From contig OZ240245.1 in assembly GCA_965198175.1 (NCBI GenBank), positions 2,160,164 to 2,224,163 on the forward strand: 64,000 nt of DNA, written 5' to 3'. The DNA is from Candidatus Poribacteria bacterium (GTDB lineage Bacteria; Poribacteria; WGA-4E; PCPOR2b). The translations under genes and the position numbers were made by a program. Below the pieces are notes generated by a model. It worked only from the letters and a program-made list of their open reading frames with translations, was not told where the DNA came from and made no database searches. Below are positions 21,649 through 32,349 of the stretch, in pieces (position 1 is the stretch's first letter; each line of letters opens with the position of its first letter).

Positions 21649-22146
21649 ATGACACAATTGAATTACACCTGTTTCAAATCTCCGTTTGGATGGGTTGTTG
21701 TTGCGGGTTCAAATCGAGGCATCGCACGAATTATGTTTGGCGCTTCAACTGAAGCAGAAGTTGAAGGTTTGCTGGTTAATGAAATGCAGGCAGTCAAATC
21801 CCATTCGGGTTTATCGGAAGCTGTCAATCTCCTCACACAGTACTTTAACGGCACACTTGTGGATTTCGCGCTCGATCTCGACTTGAGTGCTGGAACACAA
21901 TTCCAAATCGCCGCTTGGGAAACAGCCCGTCAGATTCCCTATGGATCGGTTCGAAGCTATAGTTGGATTGCGCGAGAGATTGGAAAGCCAAAAGGAGCAC
22001 GAGCTGTTGGTCAGGCAATGGGCGCCAACCCGCTGTCAATCATTGTTCCGTGCCATCGCGTCATCCGTAGCGATGGAGATCTCGGCGGTTATTCAGGGGG
22101 GCTACACTGGAAGCGTCAACTGCTTGCACTGGAAGGAAAAACATAG
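21649..22146 (+). CDS. ogt: Methylated-DNA-protein-cysteine methyltransferase
   Basis: ARAVGQA...NP...VPCHRV. Confidence 0.95.
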   Translation: MTQLNYTCFKSPFGWVVVAGSNRGIARIMFGASTEAEVEGLLVNEMQAVKSHSGLSEAVNLLTQYFNGTLVDFALDLDLSAGTQFQIAAWETARQIPYGSVRSYSWIAREIGKPKGARAVGQAMGANPLSIIVPCHRVIRSDGDLGGYSGGLHWKRQLLALEGKT

Positions 22147-22338
22147 GGATTTCATACAGATTATACGAGATGATAATGCCTTGCACACTGACCTTGTACA
22201 GCGTCAGACAAATGTTGGCAGTGTGTCGTCCCATCCGCGTGAAATAAAAGCATAAGGCGGATTAGAGTGATTTCTGTAGTCTGTCGTATTAGTGATTCTC
22301 TATCACACATTTATACATGAAAAATACAGTGGAGTGAA

Positions 22339-23481
22339 ATGAAAAAACACTTCCTATTCACCCCGGGCCCAACGCCCATCCCTCCAGAATCGTTGCTGGC
22401 GATGGCAAGCCAGATCGATTACCATAGATCAGCTGAAGCTGTGGTGCAGATTAAAGACGTATCCGAAAAGCTCAAACAGGTGTTCCAAACCCAGAATGAT
22501 GTGCTGATTTTGACTTCATCGGGAACCGGTGCAATGGAAAGTGTCGTGGCAAATCTCCTTTCCCGTGGCGATGAGGTCGTTGTCATTCGAAGCGGCAAAT
22601 TCGGGGAGCGATGGGGTGAAATTTGTTCGGCGTACGGAGTCGAGTTTTTTCCAATCGATCTTGAGTGGGGTGAATCCGTTGAGCCGCAGATGGTTGCAGA
22701 CCTCCTCAATAAACGCCCAGACGCGAAGGCTGTATTCTCAACCCTTTGCGAAACTTCGACAGGCGCATTACATGATATTAAAAGTCTAGGAGAGATTACT
22801 AGACGCAGACCTACATTACTAGTTGTTGATGCAGTCAGCGCGCTCGGTGCCGATGATTTTCAGATGGACAGTTGGGGTGTTGATGTTGTTATCTCATGCT
22901 CTCACAAGGGACTGATGACACCGCCAGGACTTGCCTTTGCTGTGCTCAGCCAATCGGCTTGGGAAGCATCAAAAAATGCAACACTTCCCAAATACTATTT
23001 CGACCTTCGGAAGGCACAGCAGGCAAGCTGGGACGGTTCAGCACCTTATACCCCAGCGATTACGTTCATCACTGCCCTACAGCGTGCCTTGAATCGGATA
23101 AGTGCAGATGGCATCCGGAACGTCATCACACGTCACGCCTGTCTCGCTGAAGCGACGCGAAGCGCTGTTAAGACGATTGGACTGAATATCTTCGCGACGA
23201 AGCCAGCAAACACGTTGACCTCCATTCGCCTTCCCGAGCAAATTGATGGTGTGAGATTTGTGAAGATGATGCGAGAAAAACACGGGATTACTCTCGCAGG
23301 GGGGCAGGGCAAGCTGCGCGGGAAAATCATCCGAATCGCCCACCTCGGCTGGATGGGTGAATACGATATAATTGTAGCAATCGCTGCACTTGAGAGAGGG
23401 TTGACGGAGATTGGCAAAGAGGTCCCGCTCGGCGCCGGCGTTACCGCGGCTCAAGAAGTTTTTCATCGAAAATCTCAATGA
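22339..23481 (+). CDS. Class V aminotransferase (serine-pyruvate/alanine-glyoxylate)
   Basis: FTPGPTP, SSGTGAME, ETSTG, VDAVS, SHKGLM. Confidence 0.93.
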   Translation: MKKHFLFTPGPTPIPPESLLAMASQIDYHRSAEAVVQIKDVSEKLKQVFQTQNDVLILTSSGTGAMESVVANLLSRGDEVVVIRSGKFGERWGEICSAYGVEFFPIDLEWGESVEPQMVADLLNKRPDAKAVFSTLCETSTGALHDIKSLGEITRRRPTLLVVDAVSALGADDFQMDSWGVDVVISCSHKGLMTPPGLAFAVLSQSAWEASKNATLPKYYFDLRKAQQASWDGSAPYTPAITFITALQRALNRISADGIRNVITRHACLAEATRSAVKTIGLNIFATKPANTLTSIRLPEQIDGVRFVKMMREKHGITLAGGQGKLRGKIIRIAHLGWMGEYDIIVAIAALERGLTEIGKEVPLGAGVTAAQEVFHRKSQ

Positions 23482-23700
23482 TGATTGATTAACCACCAAT
23501 CTTTGGAAGGGGTGTGTAATGCGTACTGTTCGTGCCAATACGTCATGTTCCTGATACTTCAGGAGAATCACGTAATCCTACGCATTACCTACTTCGTTTG
23601 GGCGTTAAACAGGTATTAGCAGCGATTGTGCGGATTCCCACGGGAATCGTGATAGCACAAATTTCTGTGCTGTTTGTCCCACCATAAGGAGTTTGTTGTC

Positions 23701-24165
23701 ATGCGGAGAGGCGCGCAATGGGTTCCTCCACAAAACGCAGAACAGTTTAAGAAATATCTGAAAAGCAACAAATTCAAGATTACCTCTGAGCGTCTAGCGA
23801 TTCTTGAACAGGTCTTTGCCTACGACGACCACTTTCGAGCAGAGGATCTTTTGGTTCGCATGCGCCAAAACGGATATCAGGTTTCCAGAGCGACAATCTA
23901 TCGGACACTGCCCCTGCTTGTCAAAAGCGGTCTCCTAACTGAAGTAATTGATGCACAAAAGCAGTCTCATTATGAACATATCAATGCGCTTCAACAACAG
24001 CATGCCCACCTAATCTGCCTGCGGTGTGGAAAACTCATCGAGTTCAATAACGTTGAAATTGACACGCTCCAAGAATTGGTTTGTAAGGCGTATGGGTTTA
24101 AACCAATCAAATACAGAAATGAGATTTTGGGATACTGTTTTGAGTGCCAAGCAGAGGGACTATAA
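23701..24165 (+). CDS. Fur family transcriptional regulator
   Basis: SRATIYRTL, HAHLICLRCG, GYCFEC; start uncertain. Confidence 0.92.
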   Translation: MRRGAQWVPPQNAEQFKKYLKSNKFKITSERLAILEQVFAYDDHFRAEDLLVRMRQNGYQVSRATIYRTLPLLVKSGLLTEVIDAQKQSHYEHINALQQQHAHLICLRCGKLIEFNNVEIDTLQELVCKAYGFKPIKYRNEILGYCFECQAEGL

Positions 24166-24343
24166 GCAACGCAACCGGCTCAGAACTAGGAACTCGGGAG
24201 GTTCTCAAGCTTAAAAAAGCGACCCAGTCCCAAAAATGAGGAGAGAAATTGCTTGACGAATTCGGACGAATAAGTTATCAATTATCTGTGAGAGGCGGTA
24301 AACCCAATCACCAGAAGTCAATCCGAGGAGGATACACATCTAA

Positions 24344-25570
24344 ATGACAACCGCTGAGATCAAAGCGATGGCGACAGAGTACATTATAAACACTTACGGC
24401 GAGCGAAATCTCGCGCTTGTACGAGGGGAAGGTCCCTACGTTTGGAATGCTGATGGGGTAAGATATCTCGATTTCCTGGGTGGATTAGCGGTCAACGGCC
24501 TGGGACACTGCCATCCAAAGATTGTTGCTGCGATTCGTGACCAGGCAGGTAAACTGATCCATGTCTCTAATCTTTACTACATTGAACCACAAGCGCAGTT
24601 GGCGAAGCTGCTAATCGACAACTGTGATATGGACCAATGCTTTTTCTGCAACAGTGGTGCGGAGGCAAACGAAGCGGCAATCAAGTTAGCGCGGAAGTAT
24701 GCCAAAGACGTGGATATAAGGTCACTACGTCTCGAAAAATTCCCGGACGACGGAACAGATCCCTACGAAATCATCACGATGGAGAATTCGTTCCATGGGC
24801 GAACGATGGCGACTATCACTGCGACTGCACAGACGAAATACCACAGCGGGTTTGAACCAATGCTTGAGGGCTTTAAATATGTGCCGTATGACAATCTTGG
24901 CGCAGCCGAAGCCGCAATTAGTAGAAAAACATGCGCCATTTTGGTGGAACCGATTCAGTCCGAAGGCGGTGTGAATGTACCGAGTGACGGATATCTCAAA
25001 GGCTTGCGGGAAATCTGTGATGAATATAATCTGCTGCTAATCTTCGACGAAGTCCAGACCGCAATGGGACGTTTGGGCACGCTGTTTGGGTATCAGAGTT
25101 ATGGCGTCATCCCCGATATTATCACGATGGCAAAATTCCTCGGCGGCGGTGTCGCGATTGGGGCGATGCTTGCAACAAAATACATCGCTGAGAGCTTCAC
25201 CCCCGGCACGCATGCTGCGACCTTCGGCGGAAATCCGTTGGCAAGCACCGCGGCGTATGCCACAGCGAGAACTGTTATTGATGAAAATTTGGGGGACAAT
25301 GCGATTAAAATGGGCGCCTATTTGACAGAAAAGTTGATGGAGCTTAAAGGGAAGTACCCAATTCAAGAAGTCCGAGGGAGAGGCTTGTTGCTTGGATTGG
25401 TGTTGTCAGTAGATGCCAATGCACTTGCCGCCCGATGTATTGAAAATGGCTTAATCACAATCTGCACGAACAATTATGTCCTCCGCTTTCTGCCACCGAT
25501 TAACATCAACAAAGCGCACGTTGACGAAGCGGTTTCGATTGTCGAAAGATCGCTCGCTGAGACAATTTAA
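24344..25570 (+). CDS. argD: Acetylornithine aminotransferase
   Basis: NSGAEANEAA, SFHGRT, EPIQSEGG, DEVQT, TFGGNP. Confidence 0.92.
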   Translation: MTTAEIKAMATEYIINTYGERNLALVRGEGPYVWNADGVRYLDFLGGLAVNGLGHCHPKIVAAIRDQAGKLIHVSNLYYIEPQAQLAKLLIDNCDMDQCFFCNSGAEANEAAIKLARKYAKDVDIRSLRLEKFPDDGTDPYEIITMENSFHGRTMATITATAQTKYHSGFEPMLEGFKYVPYDNLGAAEAAISRKTCAILVEPIQSEGGVNVPSDGYLKGLREICDEYNLLLIFDEVQTAMGRLGTLFGYQSYGVIPDIITMAKFLGGGVAIGAMLATKYIAESFTPGTHAATFGGNPLASTAAYATARTVIDENLGDNAIKMGAYLTEKLMELKGKYPIQEVRGRGLLLGLVLSVDANALAARCIENGLITICTNNYVLRFLPPININKAHVDEAVSIVERSLAETI

Positions 25571-25660
25571 GTTGACCTTAACAGCTTGGCTGCACCATCG
25601 AAAAAGCGTTGAGATTAGGTTGAGCGGGAAGCTAGTTAGGAGAGAAGCGAAGGCGAAAAA

Positions 25661-26533
25661 TTGAGTTCACGGCTTGCAAAGTACGCATTACGTATTACAT
25701 TCTGTGTATCGCTCTTCACACGTTTCATTATCCCACCAATTATTCTCTGTATCCTTCCCCTTGGTGGATGTAGCAGCCCAAATGCTAACTTTCAGTTGTC
25801 CCCCGTGGACGCTGAAAAGTTAAATCCTATTCTCGATGCTCTACGGGTGAACTACGATCTCACCTCGACCCTAAAAATGGCGATGAAGGTCACAATTGAA
25901 GAGGAGGACCAAAAGGATGAGATTCGCGTACATCTTTGGTACAAAAAATCAGAGAAAGATGGAGATTTACTGCACATTCAAGCGATGGGACCGTATAATG
26001 AACCCCGTGTGATTGCGATTGCAGCACGGGATAAATTTCTACTGCGTTACCACAATGAGAATGAAGTCATCATCCAACCTCTAGCGGACGGCGTGCTACA
26101 GGATATTTTTGGGATAGATTTACGTGTCTCTGATGTTCGCAACACAATCTTCGCCAATCCTTTCCTCAATGGTTCCACAGAAAAATTATCACTAGCGCGA
26201 TCCGGCATGAAATATGTAGTGAGACGTCCGAGCGCGAAAGCGGGAGAAATCGAGATAATCACCATCTTCATGCGAGATTCAGATCCGACCGTTAAAGATT
26301 GGGACATAGTGAATCGATCGGGAGAAATTATTCAAAAGATAAGGTTTTCAGACTACCGCGATGTCGGTGGTATTCTTCGTCCGCATAAGGTTGAAGTTGA
26401 GCGCCCGATTGAAAATACGCGCGTCGTTCTGCAAGTCATCAAACCGGAAATCAACTCGGAGATTAGCGATACGAAGTTCGAATTTGACCGATTGTTGGAT
26501 GAAAACACAAAAATTCGCTCTTTGGGAGAATAG
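25661..26533 (+). CDS. Lipoprotein, LolA/LolB-like (DUF4292-like)
   Basis: Lipobox LGGC; C-terminal FSDYRDVGGILRPHKV; lolB-like position abutting ispE. Confidence 0.55.
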   Translation: MSSRLAKYALRITFCVSLFTRFIIPPIILCILPLGGCSSPNANFQLSPVDAEKLNPILDALRVNYDLTSTLKMAMKVTIEEEDQKDEIRVHLWYKKSEKDGDLLHIQAMGPYNEPRVIAIAARDKFLLRYHNENEVIIQPLADGVLQDIFGIDLRVSDVRNTIFANPFLNGSTEKLSLARSGMKYVVRRPSAKAGEIEIITIFMRDSDPTVKDWDIVNRSGEIIQKIRFSDYRDVGGILRPHKVEVERPIENTRVVLQVIKPEINSEISDTKFEFDRLLDENTKIRSLGE

Positions 26534-27417
26534 TGGCTAACTCGGACCTACGCATACATGCACACGCCAAGATTAACCTATTCCTTGATGTTATTGGCAA
26601 ACGCTCCGATGGGTATCACGAAATCGTAACCGTTTTTCACTCAATTGGGCTTCACGACGATGTGATTATCCGCAAACGCAGCGAGGTGGGGATTACGGTA
26701 CACTGCGATAACCCGCAGGTTCCACTTGATGCACGCAACCTCGCCCATCGCGCTGCGAAGTTGCTAATCGATCAAAGGCTAGATATTCCTGGTGTCGTAA
26801 TTAACATTCAGAAAAGGATACCGGTTGCAGGTGGACTTGGAGGTGGAAGCACCAACGCAGCAGCAGTGCTTTGGGGTATGAACCAATTATTTGAATTGAA
26901 TCTGACTCAACCGGAGTTAATGCGTTTAGGCGCGCGACTCGGCGCAGATATACCATTTTGCTTATTGGGTGGTTCAGCCATCGGACGCGGTATTGGTGAG
27001 AATCTGGCACCTTTACCACCTCTGGCCAACGCTTGGATTGTGCTAGCGAATCCCGGCTTCGGTATTTCTACTGCTTGGGTTTATGAAAATATCTGTTTCC
27101 CGTTGACGAAACCGTCAAAAAGTGTTAAAATCTTGATTCGCCAATTGCGGAACGGTGAGCTTAAATCTACAGCCGTTCAGCTTTATAACAGGTTGGAAAC
27201 GCCGGTTTATTCGAAGTATCCGTCGGTTGGTGAGTTAAAAACGCAACTGGCTCGATGTCCGGGGAGTTATGGGGCATTGATGTCTGGCAGCGGCGCGACC
27301 GTTTTTGCACTTGTGGAAAACCAATCTAAAGCCGATTCGGCTCTCTCTAACCTCGGCGATGAGGCAACTTTTGGGGTGGTAACGACTGTGAGTCCGGTCG
27401 GGCTCTGTCTCGCTTGA
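26533..27417 (+). CDS. ispE: 4-diphosphocytidyl-2-C-methyl-D-erythritol kinase
   Basis: AKINLFL, DGYHEI, IPVAGGLGGGS, GADIPF, MSGSG. Confidence 0.96.
   Translation: MANSDLRIHAHAKINLFLDVIGKRSDGYHEIVTVFHSIGLHDDVIIRKRSEVGITVHCDNPQVPLDARNLAHRAAKLLIDQRLDIPGVVINIQKRIPVAGGLGGGSTNAAAVLWGMNQLFELNLTQPELMRLGARLGADIPFCLLGGSAIGRGIGENLAPLPPLANAWIVLANPGFGISTAWVYENICFPLTKPSKSVKILIRQLRNGELKSTAVQLYNRLETPVYSKYPSVGELKTQLARCPGSYGALMSGSGATVFALVENQSKADSALSNLGDEATFGVVTTVSPVGLCLA
27103..27131 (+). promoter_or_regulatory. Promoter inside ispE, probably driving tRNA-Gln
   Basis: TTGACG-17bp-TAAAAT within the ispE coding sequence. Confidence 0.55.
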
Positions 27418-27489
27418 TGGGCGGTGGCCAAGCGGTAAGGCACGGGTCTTTGGAACCCGTATGCGTAGGTTCGAATCCTACCCGCCCAG
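27418..27489 (+). tRNA. tRNA-Gln(TTG)
   Basis: Acceptor TGGGCGG/CCGCCCA, anticodon arm CGGGT-CTTTGGA-ACCCG, GGTTCGAATCC T-loop; CCA not encoded. Confidence 0.96.
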
Positions 27490-27609
27490 CATCTTCTATC
27501 CTCGGAGGCATCAACAATTGGGTAGGAAACCTTAGAACCCTACTTTTGACCGGGATATTAGCTGTTCCAGCCCGGGGTTTTGTTCCGTTGCGTCGTAGAG
27601 ATGTATCAA

Positions 27610-27650
27610 AAGCCGTAGCTCCCATGACAATAGCTACGGTTTATTATTTT
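27610..27650 (+). terminator. Probable intrinsic terminator after tRNA-Gln
   Basis: AAGCCGTAGCT...AGCTACGGTTT followed by T-rich sequence. Confidence 0.55.
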
Positions 27651-27722
27651 ATTTGGAGAAATTTTGAAGAATTGATTTAGGTGCTTAAGTGGGATGGCGC
27701 ATTCCAGAATTAGGAGAATATC

Positions 27723-28385
27723 ATGCGATTAGCTAGACTTGAAGCTCAAAAACGGAGTATTTTTGGAAAAAGCGCGGGGAGAGGCCTCCGGCGAAGTGGG
27801 ACCATCCCAGCGATTTTGTATGGGCGTCACGAAGATGTTATCCCCCTCCAGCTTGACTTGCGATCCTTTCAGCGGTTTCTTCAATCAAATGGCGAGAATG
27901 TGTTAATCGATTTGGACATTGCAAATCATGGACACGAAACCATTATGATTAAAGAAGTCCAACGCGATCCGGTTGAACAACGCTTGCTTCATACTGATTT
28001 TATCCGCATTTCACTTGAGGAACCGGTGACTTCGGCAGTCCCTATCGTTCTGGTCGGATCTGCTCGCGGACTTGAGGAAGGTGGTATCGTTGAGCTCGCC
28101 CATCGGCAACTCCACATCCGTTGTCTACCAACGATTTTACCTGACACCATTGAGGTTGATATTAGCGAATTGGACCTTGAAGACTTCATTCGGATTGAGG
28201 ATTTGTCGCTCGATGATGGCGTTGAAATGTTAGATGCCCCTCAAACCATCGTTGTCTTGGTTAACCGACCAAGAGTTGAGACAGAGGCTGAACTTGGAGA
28301 GGATGTAGCCGGCGATGTGGATGAAACAGCCGTTGACGAACCAGAACTTATCTCTCGGAAACGCGGCGAAGACGCGGACGAATGA
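27723..28385 (+). CDS. rplY: 50S ribosomal protein L25/Ctc
   Basis: LRRSGTIPAILYG, KEVQRDPV, HTDF. Confidence 0.95.
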   Translation: MRLARLEAQKRSIFGKSAGRGLRRSGTIPAILYGRHEDVIPLQLDLRSFQRFLQSNGENVLIDLDIANHGHETIMIKEVQRDPVEQRLLHTDFIRISLEEPVTSAVPIVLVGSARGLEEGGIVELAHRQLHIRCLPTILPDTIEVDISELDLEDFIRIEDLSLDDGVEMLDAPQTIVVLVNRPRVETEAELGEDVAGDVDETAVDEPELISRKRGEDADE

Positions 28386-29526
28386 TGCAGGACATCTCCT
28401 GCTCATCGCATTCTTGATTTGCACGGGAATCTGTGTTGCGCAGACGCCATTGATTCGCTTCGTTGACGAAGGGGGCAAATCTGTTGCTGAAGTGGAAGCG
28501 AGGATTCACAGTGGAAGCTTGTATCTACCGACTGGTGTCTTGCGAAGAACGTTTGACCCAGATTTGAAGCAACAATATACGTCCCTAACGCAGAAGCTTG
28601 TTCTGAACCTTAGGGGGAAACAGATTAATTTACGCATCGGCAAATTATCGGCAACGACAGATGAAGACGATGGTACAATTATACTCTCCCAGCCCCCCCG
28701 AATCATTGAGGGGAAGCGAATGTTGCCGCTCGACTTTTTCACGAAACTCCTCCCTCAACTTTACAATGTTAAAGTTTTCTACAATTCTCCGCTACAGACA
28801 ATACACATTACGGAAAAGTCGGCACACCTACCCAATTTTCCGCCTCCATCGTCGTCGAGGAAACACGAAGAATTCCTGTTTGTTCTCGATCCAGGGCATG
28901 GTGGGTCAGATTCAGGGTGCCGGGGAAACACCGGCACACTTGAAAAAGATGTAGTGCTCGACCTTGCCAAGCGGATTCAGAGACTCTGCCTGCAAAATAA
29001 CATCCACGTCCAACTGACACGGGAAGCGGATGTTGAACGAAGACCAATTGAGCGCGTTAAAATCGCAATCCAGAATCAAGGACAGCTCTTTTTAAGTCTG
29101 CACTGTAACGCGTCTTTCTCTCCAAATGCCCAGGGTATTCACATCTATATCAACAATCCTATGGGGGAGTTGAGAGCTGACACTGTTACAAGGTCGTCCA
29201 ATCAAACTTCAGGGCGCCGCGCTATCAAGGTGCTCGCACAAGACGACTTTCTGCTGCAGAGCCGCGAGTTCGCAGCAATGCTCCAGGAACAGTTCGCGGC
29301 GACCATACCTTCTTCGGTCTCACTGATGGAAATGCCTCTCGTAACCCTTTCAGATGTCTACATGCCCGCAATCCTAATCGAGATTGGATACCTGTCCAAT
29401 GCGGCTGATGAAGCTCGTCTTGTTGACGCTGAAAATCTAGCGTCTATGTCAATGGCGATATCCCTCGCGGTTCAGCGGTATATTACAGCGTTTAATCCGG
29501 AGAATGGAGCTGTGAAAGGTAAATGA
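28315..29526 (+). CDS. N-acetylmuramoyl-L-alanine amidase (Amidase_3); true start probably downstream
   Basis: LDPGHGGSD, EKDVVL, SLHCN, ILIEIGYLSN; signal-like hydrophobic segment. Confidence 0.88.
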   Translation: MWMKQPLTNQNLSLGNAAKTRTNDAGHLLLIAFLICTGICVAQTPLIRFVDEGGKSVAEVEARIHSGSLYLPTGVLRRTFDPDLKQQYTSLTQKLVLNLRGKQINLRIGKLSATTDEDDGTIILSQPPRIIEGKRMLPLDFFTKLLPQLYNVKVFYNSPLQTIHITEKSAHLPNFPPPSSSRKHEEFLFVLDPGHGGSDSGCRGNTGTLEKDVVLDLAKRIQRLCLQNNIHVQLTREADVERRPIERVKIAIQNQGQLFLSLHCNASFSPNAQGIHIYINNPMGELRADTVTRSSNQTSGRRAIKVLAQDDFLLQSREFAAMLQEQFAATIPSSVSLMEMPLVTLSDVYMPAILIEIGYLSNAADEARLVDAENLASMSMAISLAVQRYITAFNPENGAVKGK

Positions 29527-29530
29527 TACC

Positions 29531-30151
29531 ATGGGTAGAAATCGAAAATCCAAGGTGATTAGGGGAATCGCAATTGGAACAGCAGTTATAATCGTTGCGG
29601 CTATTTCCGTTGTCATGTTGCGTCCTAGAGAACCAGAGCCGATACCGATGGTACCACAGATGCTTGTTCAAGAGCCTTCCGACTCTGAACTTCCCCTTCA
29701 GGACATAGATCTTTTTTTCTTCGACGTTGAATCCCTTAGACTTGTCCGTGAAAAAAGGGAGTTGCGTTTATCTCTCGAACGCCCAGATCGTCTGAAACAG
29801 ATTATCCGTGCACTAATCAGCGGCTCTGACCATGGCTTGAAAAGTACGGTTCCCGGCGGCACATTTCTTTATGAAGCTTATGTTGATGCGCAATCTACTG
29901 CCTACCTAGATTTTTCCCGCCATTTGGCAGAGTCGCACATCGGCGGCACTACAGCTGAGATAATTACCATAAAATCCATTTTGCAAACGGTTTACGCCAA
30001 TTTTCCTGAGAAGATCCAAAGCGTGCAAATCCTCATTGAAGGACAAGAAGTGAATACAATCGCTGAGCACATTGATATTTCAAATCCCCTCGTCCTCACG
30101 CCCGATTTCCAGGTGCCAGTGGAAGAAAAGGAAGCGAAGCCTCCTAGATAA
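29531..30151 (+). CDS. GerMN domain protein
   Basis: N-terminal TM, AYLDFS, GGTTAE, VQILIEG, HIDIS. Confidence 0.85.
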   Translation: MGRNRKSKVIRGIAIGTAVIIVAAISVVMLRPREPEPIPMVPQMLVQEPSDSELPLQDIDLFFFDVESLRLVREKRELRLSLERPDRLKQIIRALISGSDHGLKSTVPGGTFLYEAYVDAQSTAYLDFSRHLAESHIGGTTAEIITIKSILQTVYANFPEKIQSVQILIEGQEVNTIAEHIDISNPLVLTPDFQVPVEEKEAKPPR

Positions 30152-30414
30152 CCTTGCATCAATGTCGTGGTGCCAGATGCCAATTCAACCGTTCGCATAA
30201 GGATCTCAAAACAGGTATATCCTCCCTCGCTCTCCCTTCGCAAGAGGGAGGACGTTTTCAGTTCCTTCTTAAGTAAGGACATCCCTTGTGGGTGCCCTCT
30301 TGGGGCAGCACTGACTGCAATCTTTTTTACGATTACGCGGTGCGGTAACCGACAGGCATGTTTTCGCCCCAAACGCCATCGCTGTTGGGTTGATTAAACG
30401 CTGTCGCCAAAAAG

Positions 30415-31008
30415 ATGTCACAGCGCATGAAGTTAATCGTTGGGCTTGGGAATCCCGGTCCACACTACAAAAACACCAGGCACAATGTCGGGTTTCGAGT
30501 CATTGATGAACTGTTACAGCGGACCCAATCGACGCAGTTAGAAAATATCTGCCAATCTCTCGTAGCTCGAACTAATGTGCGGGGGAACGAGGTTATCCTT
30601 GCCAAACCGCTTACCTACATGAACAATAGCGGGCGCGCCGTAAGTGAGATGGTTCACCAATTTGACATCTCTTTGGAGCTTTTGTGTATCGTCTATGACG
30701 ACCTCCATTTGGACATCGGTGTGCTGCGCATGCGTCGATCCGGTAGTGATGGTGGACACAAGGGGATACAATCAATTCAGCATTTGCTGGACACACAAGC
30801 GTTTCCACTTCTACGTATCGGCATCGGCAAGCCGGAAACTGGACACTGGATTGATTACGTTCTCAGTGAGTTTTCACCAGCAGAGAGTGAGGAAATTGAT
30901 TATATGATTCAACGTGCTGCGGACGCAATTGAAACATTGATTTCAGACGGTATCCATAGCGCGATGAATCAGTTTAACGGGCGTGCTGAACAATTGTCGA
31001 TCGATTAA
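30415..31008 (+). CDS. pth: Peptidyl-tRNA hydrolase
   Basis: VGLGNPG, TRHNVGF, KPLTYMNNSG, GGHKG. Confidence 0.96.
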   Translation: MSQRMKLIVGLGNPGPHYKNTRHNVGFRVIDELLQRTQSTQLENICQSLVARTNVRGNEVILAKPLTYMNNSGRAVSEMVHQFDISLELLCIVYDDLHLDIGVLRMRRSGSDGGHKGIQSIQHLLDTQAFPLLRIGIGKPETGHWIDYVLSEFSPAESEEIDYMIQRAADAIETLISDGIHSAMNQFNGRAEQLSID

Positions 31009-31112
31009 GTGGACAACGTAGTTGGGTTCAACATCAAGCGACCGAATAGGGAGTCCGATAGAGTTCCCAATCCAACCCAACACCTCAATCCAACCGATCA
31101 AGTGTTGGGTTT

Positions 31113-31512
31113 TGACCTGCCCCCAAGAAACTGGACAGAGAGCTAAGCAGGATTTTATAATAGCTAAAGGTCCAGAAAGGGGCTATCATGGCGAAGACAA
31201 GACGTCAATTTACTCCCGAATTTAAGCTCGAATGTGTGTTCGATATTATCAGTGGACAGAAACACCCTGCCGAAATTTGCAATGAACATCAAATTAGCGA
31301 TGCCTTATTGTCCAAATGGCGTCAACACTTCATGAATAACGCTGCAACGCTCTTTGTCGCTGAACAGAATCGCAAGAGTGCCTCCAACGCACGCATCGCT
31401 GAACTGGAGCGTCTAGTTAGACAATTGACATTGGAACTGTCTGCCTCAAAAAAAAGTATTGAGTTACTTCGACTCTCGGTAAAGCAAAAACGGGAATTGG
31501 TGGAACGAGGAA
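31113..31512 (+). mobile_element. Truncated IS3-family element (left IR, orfA 31188, slippery site)
   Basis: TGACCTGCCCCCAAGAAACTGGACA end; orfA RRQFTPEFKLE...RIAELERLV; A8G at 31448-31456; cut at a REP element. Confidence 0.85.
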
Positions 31513-31647
31513 GTTCTTGTAGGTTGGGTTGAACGTAGTGAACCCCAACGCTTTTCTGTCGTCCAGAGGTTTCGAAAGCGTTGGGGTTCGGGAAAAACTA
31601 TCGCCTTCGCTATCCGCTCAGTCGATCTCAACGAAACCTACAAGAGC
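31513..31647. repeat. REP/BIME-like palindromic element, copy 1
   Basis: GTTCTTGTAGGTTGGGTTGA...CCCAAC hairpin units in inverted arrangement; near-identical to 34037-34171. Confidence 0.8.
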
Positions 31648-31775
31648 TTATAATTGGTGAAGCCCTCAAGCGTGCCAATGGAAACCAGACGATTGCAGCT
31701 CAACTCTTGGGCATGTCGAGAAATGCGCTGAACAAGTGTTTAAGCCGTTCCCGAACGTCATCGGACGATATCTGA
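31638..31775 (+). pseudogene. Orphan C-terminal Fis-type HTH of a sigma-54 enhancer-binding protein, copy 1
   Basis: LQELIIGEALKRANGNQTIAAQLLGMSRNALNKCLSR; no AAA+ domain upstream. Confidence 0.82.
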
Positions 31776-31845
31776 AACGGTGTTTGTTTTTCTCAATCTC
31801 TTCGCTTTCTACACTATATTCTTACCGTTTTGCCTTCCACCGCCC

Positions 31846-31976
31846 GAAAGGGGTGTGCCATTTGGCGCTATTGCACACATTTGGCGCACATTGCCCAAAT
31901 CCTTGCCTAGCAAGGCTTCGCTCGCTTCTCGACCCCAATTTTCCCGAATTCTGTCAACAAATGTCACACCCCTTTC
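31846..31976. promoter_or_regulatory. Inverted-repeat-bounded putative enhancer (UAS), module 1
   Basis: GAAAGGGGTGTGCCATTTG ... CAAATGTCACACCCCTTTC (18/19), about 120-250 bp upstream of a sigma-54 promoter. Confidence 0.6.
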
Positions 31977-32094
31977 CATACCCCATCAAAGCGATCCATG
32001 CCCAGACCGAAAAACAATTAAACTGCCCGTATCCCTTGACACATCAGGGTTTCCGAGGCCAAACAGAATCCAAATTGAAGGGGATAATCAATCT

Positions 32095-32109
32095 TGGCAC
32101 ACAATTTGC
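32095..32109 (+). promoter_or_regulatory. Sigma-54 promoter, module 1
   Basis: TGGCAC-ACAAT-TTGC, canonical -24/-12 spacing. Confidence 0.85.
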
Positions 32110-32349
32110 TCATTAAGGTAGCCATATGTAACACCTTGAACTGCGGAACGGTCCGCAAACGATGCCTTTGAGGGCAAAGAGCAGACGATAGTAACCACTT
32201 CAGAGGCATAGAGATTGGCTTGGCTATGCTTTCGGTTTTTCTGGTGTTGTTGGTTATATAATCCTAGCTGTTAATGGCTGGATCACAGTCAGATTGCGAA
32301 TGAAACTGTAATGCCATCGGAAATTTAACCACTAAGGGAGGAATTTCAA

